From Octopus sinensis (Eukaryota), in the NCBI RefSeq assembly GCF_006345805.1, contig NC_042998.1:148862001-148926000 (forward strand): a stretch of 64,000 bases of DNA, written 5' to 3'. Made by a program: the position numbers and the translations under genes. Positions 14,490 through 28,499 of this stretch are shown in pieces; position 1 is the first letter of the stretch; every line of letters starts with the position of its first letter. The notes under the pieces were generated by a model. That model had not been told where the DNA came from, searched no databases, and saw only the letters and a program-made list of their open reading frames with translations.

Positions 14490-15060
14490 ACCTTCCTTCT
14501 TTTAGTAATTCTTCTCTCTCTTACTCTCTCTCTCTCTCTCTCTCTCTTGCTTAGTCTCTTATTTTTTAGTAATGCTTCTCTCCCCCTCTCTTTCTCTCAC
14601 ACACTCCCATACTTCTTTTAGAAATGCTTCTCTCACTCTTTCTCTCTTACTCCCTTACCTCCTTTAGTAATGCTTTCTCTCTTTCGCTCACTCTCTTCCT
14701 CCCTTACTTCTTTTAGTAATGCTTCTCTCTCTCCCCTAATCCCTACTGCTTATCGTAATACTTCTCTCTCAATCTCTCTCTCTCTCTCTTTCCTACTGCC
14801 TTATTTCTTTTAGTAATACTTTACTCTCATATCCCTTCTACCCCCTCTCTCTCTGACTCCCTTACTTCGTCTAGTAATGCTTCTCTTATTTCTTCTTTTA
14901 CTCCCTCACTTTTTGAAGTAATACTTTTTCTCTTTCTCTTTTTCTGTTGCTCCTTTGCTTCCTCTAGTAATGTTTCTCTCTCTCCCGCTCCCTTTCCCAC
15001 CCCCTCTCTCTCTATTACTCCTTCACTTCTATTTCTGTCCCTCATATCGCACTCTTTCAT
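14490..15060. repeat. CT-rich minisatellite with recurring ttttagtaatgcttctctct unit
   Basis: Motif recurs about ten times at roughly 40-60 bp spacing. Confidence 0.8.
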
Positions 15061-15139
15061 TCTCCATTACATCTTTTCTTTCTTAACATTTCCCTCTTTC
15101 GTGTACTCTATTCTTCTGTTTCCTACTCGCTATTTATTC

Positions 15140-15542
15140 TTTACTCTTTTACTTGTTTCAGTCATTTGACTGTAGCCATGCTGGAGCACCGCCTTTAGTC
15201 GAGCAAATCGACCCCAGGACTTATTCTTTGTAAGCTTAGTACTTATTCTATCGGTTTATTTTGCCGAACCGCTAAGTTACGGGAACGTAAACACACCAGC
15301 ATCGATTGTCAAGCGATGTTGGGGGGTGGGGACAAACACACACACATACATATATACGACGGGCTTCTTTCAGTTTCCGTCTACCAAATCCACTCACAAG
15401 GCTTTGGTCGGCCCGAGGCTATAGTACAAGACACTTCCCCAAGGTGCCAAGGATATTCAAAGGTAGTGCAGTACAATCGTTTCATTGAACCCGGAACCAT
15501 GTGGTTAGTAACCAAGCTATTTACCACACTGCCACTCCTGCT
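15140..15542 (-). mobile_element. tRNA-derived SINE family A (CORE-like ccttgg..aagt segment), near full length
   Basis: Reverse complement begins gcaggagtggcagtgtggtaa..ggttccgggttca (Pol III A/B-box-like) and carries the family body and 3' tail. Confidence 0.85.
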
Positions 15543-15767
15543 CCTATATACAGCCACAAATATTTCTTTCACTCTTTCTCTACATTACTTACTCAATCTT
15601 TAATTTTCTTTCTGGCTGTCCTCCGTTTCTTCCTCAATTTCTTTCTCTTTCTTTCTTCCTTCGTTCTCTCTTCCTTAATTCCTTTCTTTCTAGCTGTCTT
15701 CCTTCGTTTCTGACTTTCTCCTCTATTCTTTCTTTTTGTTTTTCGTTCTTCATTCGCAATCTTCATT

Positions 15768-15905
15768 GGCGGCGAGCTGGAAGAAACGTTTGAATGCCGA
15801 CCGACATTTCGTCCATCCTTACGTTCTGAGTTCAAATTCCGCCGAAGTCGACTTTGCTTTCTCCTTTCGGGGTCGATAAAATAATTACTCGCTGAAAACT
15901 GGGCC
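15768..15905 (+). mobile_element. tRNA-derived SINE family B
   Basis: ggcggcgagctgg..gagttcaaattccgccgaagtcgactttgc..ttcggggtcgataaa; B-box GAGTTCAAATTC; many copies in window. Confidence 0.8.
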
Positions 15906-16014
15906 TAGTTCCAGAGTTTTGAAATCATCATTATTTTTTTTTTTTCATTCTTTCAAATCCCATTCCTCTCTTTCTTGCACTCATTCCGAGTCGCTAAGTT
16001 TTCTTACACCCCCG

Positions 16015-16060
<46 letters not shown>

Positions 16061-16122
16061 ACACACACACACACGCACACACAAACACACAAACACACAC
16101 GCACACACACATATAGAAATAT

Positions 16123-16156
<34 letters not shown>

Positions 16157-16841
16157 GCATACATACGCATGCTCATTCACACGCACTACCTCATTCACAG
16201 ATATATTCTTACATCTTTATTTTTACACACCATCATATTTCATCCTCCTAATCTAAATATTTTCCACACTCCGAAACTTCTTCAATCGCCGTCATCACTC
16301 CCCTCCAAACCACAGACGATCACCCCACAAGTTAACTATCTTCTACCCGTTCAACTACTCGGAAAACATTTTTTTCTTTTTATGATCATATTCCGTTTGA
16401 TTTTGGTAAAGTATTAACATTATTTTGCAATTTTCTACAATTTTCTTCTCAAGAGTCTCCGGCATAATTATATTATAATCGTATATATATATTCATGCAT
16501 CATTCGCACCGAAAGCTCATAAAGTTTGTTAACAAAAACAACTACGAACTAATATAGTTCTTAAATTTGACGAAAAGGAGTACGCTGGTTCGCTGGTGTA
16601 ATCGGTAATACTCTTATCCGCGTCAACAAAGGAAGTTGGGCTCGTGTCCCACGCGTACGAGAACGTCTACTTTTTTTTTCTGTCGAGTGCTTATATGCCC
16701 CATTATTAGACTATTTTTCCTTAGTCATTTGCACGGTTATCGCTATAAGCTTTAATTTTATAAAGAATACCATTATCATTATTCACAGATTTGTAAAACT
16801 CGACACCGCTTAACAAAACCATTCGCACCGAATATATATAT

Positions 16842-17280
16842 ATATAATCAAAATAAGCAACAAGGATATCCAATGGTAGTGCAGTATAATCGTTTCATGC
16901 GACTTCATTTAATTAAACAATGCGAGTATTACATCAGTTTTAAAATGTAGAGCAATCTTCTGCTGCATATGGAATTTTTTAGTTAAATTGAAAAGATTCA
17001 TTTTTATACTTATTCATTATAAAAATGAAAAAAAAAGTAAAAATGAATCTTTTCAATTTAACTAAAAAATTCCATATGCAGCTGAAGATTGCTCTACATT
17101 TTAAAACTGATGTAATACTTGCATTGTTTAATTAAATGAAGTCGCATGAAACGATTATACTGCACTACCTTTGGATATCCTTGTTGCTTATTTTGATTAT
17201 AATCACCCCATTTTGATTTATATGGATGATACCATACCAAATTCTAGTACCTTTAACTTAAGTACCATATTCAACTGAAT
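16842..17280 (+). mobile_element. Fold-back Penelope pLTR-like element, family H2, HHR-bearing
   Basis: About 160-bp inverted repeat 16842-17004 / 17039-17202 plus an 80-bp unique tail; TGCAG-CTGAAGA..GAAAC-GATT-ATA-CTGCA at 17077-17164. Confidence 0.7.
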
Positions 17281-17564
17281 ATATATATAGCTAAAACTTT
17301 AGACTGAATTAAATGGAATCAAATGCACTTGTCCTGCATTGCCTATCTGCTTGCTTTTCCTCACTCTTTAACCCATATATATATATATATATTGTATTTT
17401 ATGCATAGTAATCAGAGTAACCTTCATAATTTTATTGAATTTGGTGCATATTTTGCCATAAAAGGAAAATGTTACTATCGATCTGTTTTATTCAGAGTGG
17501 GCGCTGCCTACTTTGTCTCTCCAGGTGGCACGTCCTTGATATATATATATATTATATATATATA

Positions 17565-17600
<36 letters not shown>

Positions 17601-18876
17601 CAGGGGTTGGACAAAATAATGGAAACACCTTAAAATTTCAAACAAATTTATTTTAATATGGTGTAGGACCACATTTGACAGTAATTACAGCTTGAATTCT
17701 ACGAGGTTTGGACTCGTACAAAGTTTGAATTGCTTCCAAAGGAATTTTTATCCATTCTTCAGCTAAAACAGTCTCCAGTTCTTGTAGTGATGATACTGGA
17801 GGATAACGACTCCTTACTTGTTTTTTTCTAAAATGCACTATAAATGTTCAATAATATCGAGATGTGGGGATTGTGGTTGCCAGATAAGATGTTTAACTTG
17901 ATTCACTAGAATTTTTCTCGTGCCATTCAGTAACAAATTTAACTATGTGAATTGGTGCATTATCATCCTGAAAAATTGCGTTTCCCTCTGGAAACAGTTC
18001 TGCAACCATAGGATTAATTTGATCAGATAAAAAGCTTAAATAGTCTTGGCTATTAATTCTGCCATGAAGGGAAACCATTGGGCCGGCGGATTTCCAAGAT
18101 ATAGCCCTTCGCCCTGATCATCACAGATCCTCCTCCATGTTTAACAGTTGGAAGAAGGCAGTCTGGGTCAAATGTTTCTTTTGGCTGTCTCCACACGTAT
18201 ACTCGGCCAGTGGTCGGAAATAAGGTAAAATATGACTCATCCCAGAAAATAACATTCTTCCACTGCTCTGGGAACCAATTCTGTAGGGTTTTACTCCACT
18301 CTAAATTCTTTGCAACGTTTGTTTTTGGAAGTAGTGGTTTTTTTATTGCAGCCTTCCCATGAAATCTGGCTTTGTGCAGCTCCCGGTGAACAGTTTTTGT
18401 GGGAAATGGGTTCTCGAGGTGAACTCTACAGTAATTTTGGGAGCTCTACTTTTGTGATCCTTTCTAACAATTCGCTTAAAATTCCAATGGTCCCTATCTG
18501 AAAGTTTTGCTTTTCTTCCGGAATTTTGTTTCGACGTGGTGGTTTTTCCCTCTTTCTGAAAGGCTGTCATTACTTTGGAGACAATAGTTCTTGATACACT
18601 TAACATTCCGGCTGTTTTCGTTACGCTAGCGCCTGCCATACGAGCACCAATAATTTGACCTTTTTGAAAGTCCGATAGATCTATCATTTTAATGAATTTT
18701 AATTACTTTTTTCTGATGATATCTGAAAAGAAACAGCAATTTTAGCAAAGCATATGAAGCAACACTAATAATAAATAAAAAAACATTAAAATAAATAAGC
18801 TTTTGACGGTTTTATAGATATTTCAAAATTATGATACTATGATGCTACGTGTTTCCATTATTTTGTCCAACCCCTG
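17601..18876 (-). mobile_element. Tc1/mariner DNA transposon, full length (1276 bp)
   Basis: Perfect 28-bp TIRs CAGGGGTTGGACAAAATAATGGAAACAC (17601-17628, 18849-18876) flanked by TA. Confidence 0.95.
17653..18687 (-). pseudogene. Tc1-family DD34E-type transposase, frameshifted
   Basis: ORF pieces DLSDFQKGQIIGARMAGASV (HTH), SGRKAKLSDRD, VIFWDESYF, IFQDDNAPIH, SPHLDIIE, EEWIKIP..PRRIQAVI..GPTPY. Confidence 0.9.
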
Positions 18877-18920
18877 TATATACATACATACATACATACA
18901 TACATACATACATACAGACG

Positions 18921-18951
<31 letters not shown>

Positions 18952-19088
18952 AGAAAGACAGAAAGACAGACATACATGCATATGTATATATACAGACATT
19001 TTTACCTACACATACATATACATATTTTAAGGGACGGTCAGACGTGCTTATATTTACATGCACTGAGATAAAGCCACTCACACAAACT

Positions 19089-19135
<47 letters not shown>

Positions 19136-19716
19136 ACAAACACACACATTCACTCACACAGATCTACAGCTCTTGTATCATATATCGCGTATTGCGTTTG
19201 CAATGGTCTCCAGCACCATATATATATATATATATATAAATATATATATACCAACAAAGAAACACAAATACGCACTTACATACACACATATGTACACGCA
19301 CACACATATACATACATACACACGAGAACTGAGATACCATCATACCAGACAAATCATCGCTTCACACTGTTCTCCACCGTCTATATGAAGATACATATAC
19401 TTTCACAATGAAGTCTCTCTCTCTCTCTCTTTCACACACACATACACACACACAATCTCTCAACAACATATATACAATTACGTTCTACCACCCCATGCGG
19501 CAACACGCCTCGGCCCACCTCCATACGCCTACTTTTTCAAGTCGCCTTATCACTTTCCTGCTGGCGGGTCTTCGTCGCCCCGGAGGAGTACGTACGCCCA
19601 CACAAAGAAAGCAGACGCACTTAGACAAACTATCGCACATGAATACACACATACAAGCACACACACGCGCACGCACGCGCGCGCATGCACGTACACACAT
19701 AACCACATTCACACGG

Positions 19717-19767
<51 letters not shown>

Positions 19768-21654
19768 TATTTATGAATAACCTTTCACATCCCTTATCGT
19801 TGCTTCCATACACGTAAGAGAAATGTCGTTATTCTGTGTGCGCGCGTCAGCCCCACTCACACGCCCGCCCCCAGACCTACCGCTTGCGTGTGTGTGTATG
19901 TATATTAAACAGAAACTAAATGCTATCATACAGCAGCAATACTCTCTTATTGGATATACATATGGAAATTTGTTACTGTACGTAGAATTCATACAAAAAG
20001 GAATCTATAATACAAGCTGGAACGAACAGGCTTTAATTCAAATCACAACAATTGTTTCTGTGCTCTGGTTACTGCTTTTAGTTGCTGAGTGTTTCACATA
20101 TTATACATATTATATAAATATTACTTAAACATGGTCCAGCAATAGTTGTGTAATCCCACGTTATCAGGTGAATGACCTTGAGACCACTGCTGGATCACAT
20201 ATAGTTTCTTATTCTATACCCATATTCTACTTTTAGTATTTACTTGATAAAGAGCAAAATCAACAGAAGTCATAAAGCATAACAAATAATTTAATAGAAA
20301 TAAAAATTGAAAAATCTAAATTATAAAATAAATACACCGAATTAATCAATGGAAATCAAAAATCAAAAGTATTAAGTATAAATTAACAAAACTTCGAATT
20401 CGGTGTCTGACATAAAACATGTCTCGCCTTTTATGACGATATATTATCATTTAACTCCATTTCCAGCTCATGGCTACTAAACTAAAAGTACGTCTTATCT
20501 GCTGCCACGGAAAAGCCCGTGAAGACCCAGTACACACTCACGCACGTCTGTGTGTGTGTTTGTGTGTGTATCGCAGCACAAAAAAAAAAACCATCGAGAG
20601 GTTCTATCGTTAAGCTTCATGCTAGTTCTCATCATGCTAGTTGCTATTTCTAGTGCATGCACTATTATATACATACATACATACATACATACTACATACA
20701 TACATACATACATACATACATACATACATACATACGTACGTACGTACGTACATACCTACGTACGTACAGACATATCTATGTTTGTTCTCTTCCGTGTTCA
20801 ATTATTTCAATCCTTCATCTGAGGAAGAAGTTGGTTTCTACCGAAGATACAAAGCTTTTATCGTAGACTTTTGAAAATCTTGCATAATTTTACTATTCCA
20901 AGTACTGATTGTATTTGTAATGTGCGAATTAATTGGGTTTTTTTTCTTTTTCTACAAACCCTTGTTTATCTAGATTGTCACTTGGGCATTTACTCACAAA
21001 ACCAAGTGAATCAATTATTATTGGTATAAATGAATTTATATTCTGAATATAAAAGTTATTGGTTTCGAAGCAGTTGTCCATAGTTAACCTCTTTCTCTAT
21101 GGTTTTCAAGGAGATATTCACATCAGCAGCACAACTGACCTTTATGGCAGTACGCACTTATTTTGTCTATCCCAAACAACAATATTTGGCTTGTTATGCT
21201 TACACTAGACATGTTTTGATGGGAATGTTCCACCAATATTGCTGGTACTGATATTTGTGTATATATCTAATAAGAAGGGGATTCTCTATATTTATTACGA
21301 GAATTTTTTTTCGAAAGACATGTATATTGTTTTAGCGAAAACGTCGTGTCGCACAGGGAGGGGATACTTTGATGGCATTTTTGGGAAGCTGCTTCCACAG
21401 AAATATGGCATAATCTTCATGCATGCATGTAAGTGTGCATGTCATTATTCAGTTTATTTCAAGATTTCTTGCCAATAGAGGAAGAAGCGGTTTCTAACCT
21501 AGATCAAGGCTCTTTCATTTGAATTTCAACACCAACAGAGTATGTATGTATGTATGTATGTATGTATGTATGTATGTATGTATGTATGTATGTATGTATG
21601 TATGTATGTATGTATGTATGTATGTTTGTATGTATGTATGTATGTGTATATGTA

Positions 21655-22440
21655 TGTGTGCAGATTTGTATGCTTTCTTTTGTGTATGTATTTTCAGGCA
21701 TATAGTTGCATGTCTAGACATGATCATATGTACTTAAATAAGAAACTTCTGGAAAGTTTTACAGATTTTTACAGTTCCAGTGATGGACTGGATTTATAGT
21801 CTTTCAATCAACTTTCTCCTTTTTGACTTTGAGAAGCCTAATTTCTCAAGATTGGTATTTAGGCAGTGTGTTACATATCCCAGGCGCCAATAGTTACAGC
21901 TATAAACCTGAATTTTAATCTGGATAGAGTAGCCGTAGATTCCTCAATAGTTCAGCTTAGGTATTTTCTTTTTCGCTGATATTTAGCTTTATGTCTTTAT
22001 GTGAATATGCTCTGGGAAGCTGATTTCCACAACTGTACACAGTTTCTCTATTCTCTATCCCATATTACTATGTCAGGTCTATGTTGCTTACATTTTATTG
22101 AGGTTTTCACTGGGACATTTCAGCATTACTTCATTTTATTACTTGTAATTATTGCCTGTACCATAGTGCAGGTTCTTATTTCTTAGGCTTCGGTGTTATC
22201 CTTCCGACGGATCTCATTATACAGTGACCCAGCTACATCATGCCTCATCGGTAGATAATACCATGATGACATTTTCGGACGACTGCTTATGATGTGGGTG
22301 ATATCTTCGGTGTTAACTCAACAAAGTCTGCAACGGTTGTCACATTTTACTGCTTTTCCTGCATCCCAATCTCTTTTGTGCATCAGGTATTTGGTTGATA
22401 CTTTTTGTTCCTGGATTGCAAACGCATACCCTTTATACAT
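21655..22440 (-). mobile_element. 5'-truncated R4/Dong-type (RLE) non-LTR retrotransposon fragment
   Basis: Minus-strand translation includes FAIQEQ..TKYL, CRLC..EDITHIIS (CCHC-like), YYLPMRHD, RPDIVIWDRE; 3' end abuts (TATG)n. Confidence 0.75.
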
Positions 22441-23243
22441 TAACTGAAGGAGCATCACAATACAAAGAGAATATAGACAGTAACTGCGAAGTTTCGTCTA
22501 CACAAATTCATTGCACACACACACACACACACACACATACACACACAGCATAAACACCCGAGCTCGATTCTTTCCGATGTTACGTACACACTACGGCCTT
22601 TCAATCACTGTGGTTGTATTACCCGTTCAAATGTCACCCTTATCGGTTTGCGTTCCTTTGTCTGACTTCATTGCCCCCCCCCATACACACAAACAGGTTA
22701 GTGCAACAATATCACACACACACACACAACACACACACACACACACACACACACTTGGGACTGGCCAAGAACATCATCACGCACTCACCACACATTTATG
22801 AAATCACATGGCCGTAACGAAAAATAACGGGAGACATTGTACTTTCATCTACGACTCCACCATCACCAGCACCATCCTCACCAGCAACACCATCACCATC
22901 ACCAACGCCTTCACGAACATTTCCAGCCTTGCCAGCACCACCACCACCACTGACAACAACTACATTCTCGCCGTCATCGTCACCGTCGCCACCGTCGCTG
23001 TCATCGCCGCGGCCATTTGCCACGATGTAAAAACAATCAAGAGCACCGTCGCCAAAGGCAGTCTGAGTGCTTGCTGTAACGCCAGGCTCGGCCCTCAGTG
23101 CGGGCTTTGTGTCAATGCGTGTGGAGTGGATTATTTTGTTGTTTGTGTCGGACAAATATTTTTTGTATCTATACGTAAATACATTCATACAAACATACAT
23201 GTACATTCATAATACATACATACTTAATATAAATCTGTGTATA

Positions 23244-23312
<69 letters not shown>

Positions 23313-23596
23313 GTTGCGTGTGTGTGTGTGTGTGTGTGCGTGTGTTGCGTGTGTGTGTGTGTGTGTAAGCATATACATATATATATGTATACGTATATAT
23401 GAATATATGTGTATGTAAATATATGCATATAAATGTATATATATATACATACATATACATATATATACATGCATATATATAAAACATAAAAACACACACA
23501 GACACACACAGACACACACACACACACACCGGCACAGACCCGCCGATGGCAATCGAACTGCACGACACTATACCAACGTGAAAAGCTTTGGACACT

Positions 23597-23648
<52 letters not shown>

Positions 23649-24129
23649 ATTTCTCTTTCTCCCTCTCCCGCCTTCTCCTCTTCCTTTTTCGCTTGGTTTT
23701 CTTTTAGCAAGATCTTGCCTCTGTTTGCTTATTTATTTTACAGGTGTGGTATGTATGTATGTATGTATGTATGTATGTATGTATGTATGTATGTATGTAT
23801 GTATGTATAATGTAGATATTCATGGACACGTGTGTTGTGTGTGCGTGTTGTATAAAAAATTGTATATGAGCGTGTGCGTCTGGTGTATAGAAAATTAATG
23901 TATATACATATATGTGTGTGTGTGTATATATATATGTATATATATATGTATATCTATGAATATATGTATGTGTGTATATACATATATATATATATACACA
24001 CGCACTCACACACATGCCCAAATCCGTATATATATATATGTATATATATGTGTGTGTGTGTGGATGTGTATATAAATACACTTGAAATTCGAATGCACCT
24101 AATGCCCAACAAGTTTGTGGCCCCAGTCC

Positions 24130-24273
<144 letters not shown>

Positions 24274-24335
24274 AACTGCCTGTTTACGTTTCTTGTCTTT
24301 TTCATTTTCATTTCTTCTTTCTTTCTTCTTTCTTC

Positions 24336-24367
<32 letters not shown>

Positions 24368-25059
24368 TTCTTCTTATCCATTCGCCCCACCCCACACCAC
24401 CACCACCCTCTTTTACCGCCGCTGGCTCTTTTCCTTCTGTGTGACAGACGCACAGACGAGTTCATTTGCACAAGTCTGGGGCACTTTAACCATCAATCAC
24501 AAATCATTCTTGACGATATAAATATATAAAAAAATGGAAGAAAGAGAGAGAAATGTTAAGGCATACATCTCATGTAGGCCCGGCTTCCTTCAACACTCTA
24601 CCATTTACACCATCAGGCGTTTGTTTGTCGTTTTTTTGCAAAAGAAAAAAAATATACAGGAAAAATAGATAAAAAAGAAAACACCCTTTGTAGAATGTTG
24701 TATGTTTATCAGTTATAAAAAGGACACGTGAGTACAAATATATTTTTTTAGGCTTAATTTGTTATTTTTGTTTACCTGATGATTCATACTGTACCGGTAG
24801 AAATAGTTTCACGTTCGTTGGTAACTAACAAAACAAGAATTTTTCGTTCCATCAGGCCCAGGGAGACAAATTTTGGGGGGTAGGTGCTTCACAAAGCAAA
24901 TAAATAAATAACTAAATAAAATGAATGGATAACTAAAAAGAGCAGAAAAATCTCTTGTTGGTGACAAAGTACAAAGAGCTCGGAGTCATCCCAGAGCGTC
25001 GTATACTTTAGGGAAGAAGATGCATCACATCGTTTTGTAGAATTTTTGAAATAACAATG

Positions 25060-25277
25060 GAGAATTCTTTCTATTATAGGTACGAGGTCTGAAATTTGTG
25101 AGCAGAGGTTAATCTATTACATCGTCCCCAGGGCTCAAATGGTACTTATTCTAATGATGCTGAAAAGATGAAATGCAAAGTCGACCTCGGCCAGATTAGA
25201 ACTCAGATTGTGAATCTGAAAGAATTGCCGCTAAGCATTTTGTCTGGCATGATAACGATTCTGCGTGTTTGCCACTT
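25060..25277 (-). mobile_element. SINE family B
   Basis: gcaaagtcgacctcggc..gaactcag..ccgctaagcatttt. Confidence 0.75.
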
Positions 25278-25914
25278 AATTATAAAGGAAAATTAATATA
25301 ATAAGCAAAATTGTTAATTACTATTCGTGCTGTAAAACCTCGGTTTTCGAAATCGGAACATTATTAAACTGAAACCGCCATCTCTGTGAGAAATGGATGC
25401 ATGGCATTAACACACCACAAGAAGGTTGGACTGTGTCTATAGTTCTTGTGAAACACTGCTGCAATCACTGGTTGTCTTGCTCCGATATATATTGCGTTTT
25501 TAACACGTCTATGAAGAGATTTTCATTAAAATCACAGTATCTTACCTTTCAACGGTGCATATGCATTTAGTATGATACACTAATGGTGATTTTCCTTTAA
25601 TGCTGTTTCAGTTGCGTATATAGAATTTTTTATAGACTGGCAAGCTTTCCGCAACAACAGTGAATGTATTATCCCCTGTTTTCTATATATTAAAGCACGA
25701 ATATTTTTCCTACAGAAGTGACAAGCTGGTACAAAACAAGGACGAGCCTTCAGGCAGGGCGAAATGTGTCGGTCGTTCTAATGAGTTACTGCTGCGATAA
25801 TGTTCGTCTCGTTCCGATTTATTTTGTGTCATATCTATGAAGAGATATTTTTCCCAAACAAAAACCACAGCATCATACCTTTCAACAGTGTATGTGTATA
25901 TATATTTACATATG

Positions 25915-26285
25915 CAGGCGTGGCTGTGTGGTAAGAAGTTTCATTTCCACTGCACGTTACCTTGGGCAAGCATCTGCTATTATAGCCTCAGACCGACCAA
26001 GGCTTTATGAGTGGATTTGGTAGACGGAAACTGAAAGAAGCCCGTCGTATATGTGTGTGTGTGTCTGTGTACATGTGCGCGTGTTTGTGCCCCCCCCCAT
26101 TGCTTGGCGACCGATGTTGGTGTGTTTATGTCCCCGTAACTTAGCTGTTCGGCAAAAGACACCGATAGAATAAGTATCAGACTTACAAAGTTCTAGTGTC
26201 GATTTCTTCGACTAAGACTCTTTAAGGCGGTGCTCCGGCATGGCCGCAGTCAAGATGACTGAAACAAGTGAAAAGATAAGAGAAT
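25915..26285 (+). mobile_element. SINE family A
   Basis: gcaggcgtggctgtgtggtaagaag..ccttgggcaag..ggatttggtagacggaaactgaaagaagcccgtcg..tgactgaaacaag. Confidence 0.85.
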
Positions 26286-27482
26286 ATGTATGCATGTATG
26301 TATGTAATACTTAGTACCAGACATAGATGATGATTATATTTCATAAACACTTTCTTCCAATATTTCCAAGTTTTAGTTTTTATATAAACCATAAAAAAAA
26401 AAAAAAAAAAACACTTTCATTATTGCATATCTGCAATGTGGCACAGAAGTATTAAGTCAGGTGAGCGATCTACAAAATATATGCGCAGAAGGAGATGTCA
26501 TACATATATAACATAGTGACTTCGATCAATTGAATTGATTATCCAATCATTTAGCAAATAAATCTTCCTGTTGATCGAAAGTTCTAAAACTCTTTGGAAT
26601 ATAATTGCTAACGACGTCTCCTAAAACCGAAATCTGTCCGTAACTTTCTCCAGTTAACTTTAAAAAACTAGACCCATTCCTGTCACCATCGTCTATAATG
26701 TACAATAACTTTGACTCTTTTTTTTTGTTATTTTTAGATTTTTAATATACTTAGAGAGGGCTTTTTGTATTACTAATTACTTGGATAATCTCAGTTCGTC
26801 GAGATTTATTTTTCAATTCAGTTTAGTATTGCATATGGGAAAGTGTATTATTGTATGGAAGTCCATAATAGACAAAAGTTAAAAATAAATGTGCAAAACA
26901 GATGCTGATTTAAATAGACGACAATTTGAATGAATACCTCGAAGTAAATCTAAATGTATATCACCACAGGCTACTCAATAGGACTGGTCTTCATAAGGTT
27001 ATTGATTCGTCGAGCAAGCTGACTTTCGGCGTGCTAACAAGTATTTTAAAGAGGCTTTACAAGGAGGAAAACCTGTAAACATCCGAATAAAGGTTTCCTT
27101 ACAATTTATTAACAATTCAGAAACACAACTTACCAAGTTCACTTGAACATTTATTGCTTGTAAATATGGTGTCAGAATTTTCGTCGCTCGAAACTGCGAC
27201 TTGGTCTCCGACGACGATCAAGATATATAGAAATGATGTGTTATATTTATATATTATATTCAATCCCCCTGTTATTTTCAAAATACAGGCGGCACCACCA
27301 AGCATGTGACACTGCAGGCAGCTTATAGTTCTAGCATTTTAGAAGCAGCAAAGGAGGATGAGGAGAGGAAAGTAAAAACAGCAAGAGGAATATTAAGAAC
27401 AGAGCCTAAGGTTTCCTGAATAACAAACTAATGGAAATTGCGGTGAAAGCCAAAATTTTGTAATGATTCTTTCTGTTATAGA

Positions 27483-27790
27483 AGGCGTGTGGTTTAGTGG
27501 TTAGGGTATTTGGCACGCGATCGTTAGGTCGTAAGTTCAATTCCTGGCGGTGCGTTGTGTCCTTGCGCAAGACACTTTATTTCCCGCTGCTCTAGTTCAT
27601 TCATCTGGCAAAAACGAATTGTACTTGTCATTCAAAAGAGCCAGTCTTGTCACTCTTTGTGTCCCACTGAATCTCCTTGAGGATACGCATGTTTGTGGAG
27701 TGCTCAGTCACTTGCACGTTACATTCATGAGTAGGCTGTTCCGTTCATCGGATCATCTGAAACAATCGTCGTCGTAAGCGACGGGGTGCT
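27483..27790 (+). mobile_element. tRNA-derived SINE family C
   Basis: A box TGGTTTAGTGG, B box GTTCAATTCC, then CORE/V-like gttgtgtccttgcgcaagacacttt. Confidence 0.75.
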
Positions 27791-28284
27791 TTTTTTTTTT
27801 TCATAAATAGAACAGAAATGAACGACCGAAGAAAGGACTAGAATTTCATGCCTTATATTAGAGAGGACCTTACACCCTTCAAAATGAATGTAAACAAAGC
27901 GCAATTCTTGTGTTATTGTGCATTTAAGGACTGACTGACCGATGTTGTCCCTTGCGTTACTGTGTCTTAGAGGAAGATAAAAGTTTAAACAGAAATACTA
28001 AAAAGCATTAAAAAAAACGGTGATTTATGAAGCTTTGCAAAACTATTATCTTGGTATCAGCAAATAACTTTTAAACTATTTTCAATACCTACAAATGAGA
28101 AAGTTTAGCACTATATATATATATATATATATATCACGTGATCACGTGACCGACCAGACCATCAGATGTTGCTACACATTGCTGGTCACAGTGCATTCGC
28201 ATTGTTTTAGCCTTCGAATGACACCACCCCGCTGGCTAAGCGAGCAGGCCATATATATATATATACATATAATATATATATATG

Positions 28285-28495
28285 TAGCTAATCCAAAACA
28301 TGAACAAACAGAAAACACAACAACGCGAGGACGTGGAACGAGTATAGTGTAATTGGACGCTCAAGAAAGGAAAGAAAGAAAGAAGGAGGATTTAACGTTT
28401 CGAGCGGAGTTCTTCGTCAGAAACATAGAAAAAGGAAAGGTCCAAGGAAGGGAAGACGGAGAAAGAAAATCACCAACGATACACACGCGGTCACA
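28285..28495 (-). mobile_element. Family H1 copy with canonical HHR core
   Basis: Reverse complement GTTT-CTGACGA-A-GAAC-tcc-GCTC-GAAAC-GTT-AAAT at 28390-28424. Confidence 0.65.
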
Positions 28496-28499
28496 TATT

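Noticed and set aside
14490-15060. Repeat-spacer appearance resembling a CRISPR array
   Set aside because: Eukaryotic context, degenerate repeats, CT-microsatellite spacers and no cas genes.
26738-27100. Possible exon after a polypyrimidine-AG acceptor
   Set aside because: The best frame contains stops and no recognisable motif; it cannot be supported without a homology search.
27483-27550. tRNA gene
   Set aside because: A and B boxes are present, but the sequence continues into a SINE body and has no convincing acceptor stem.
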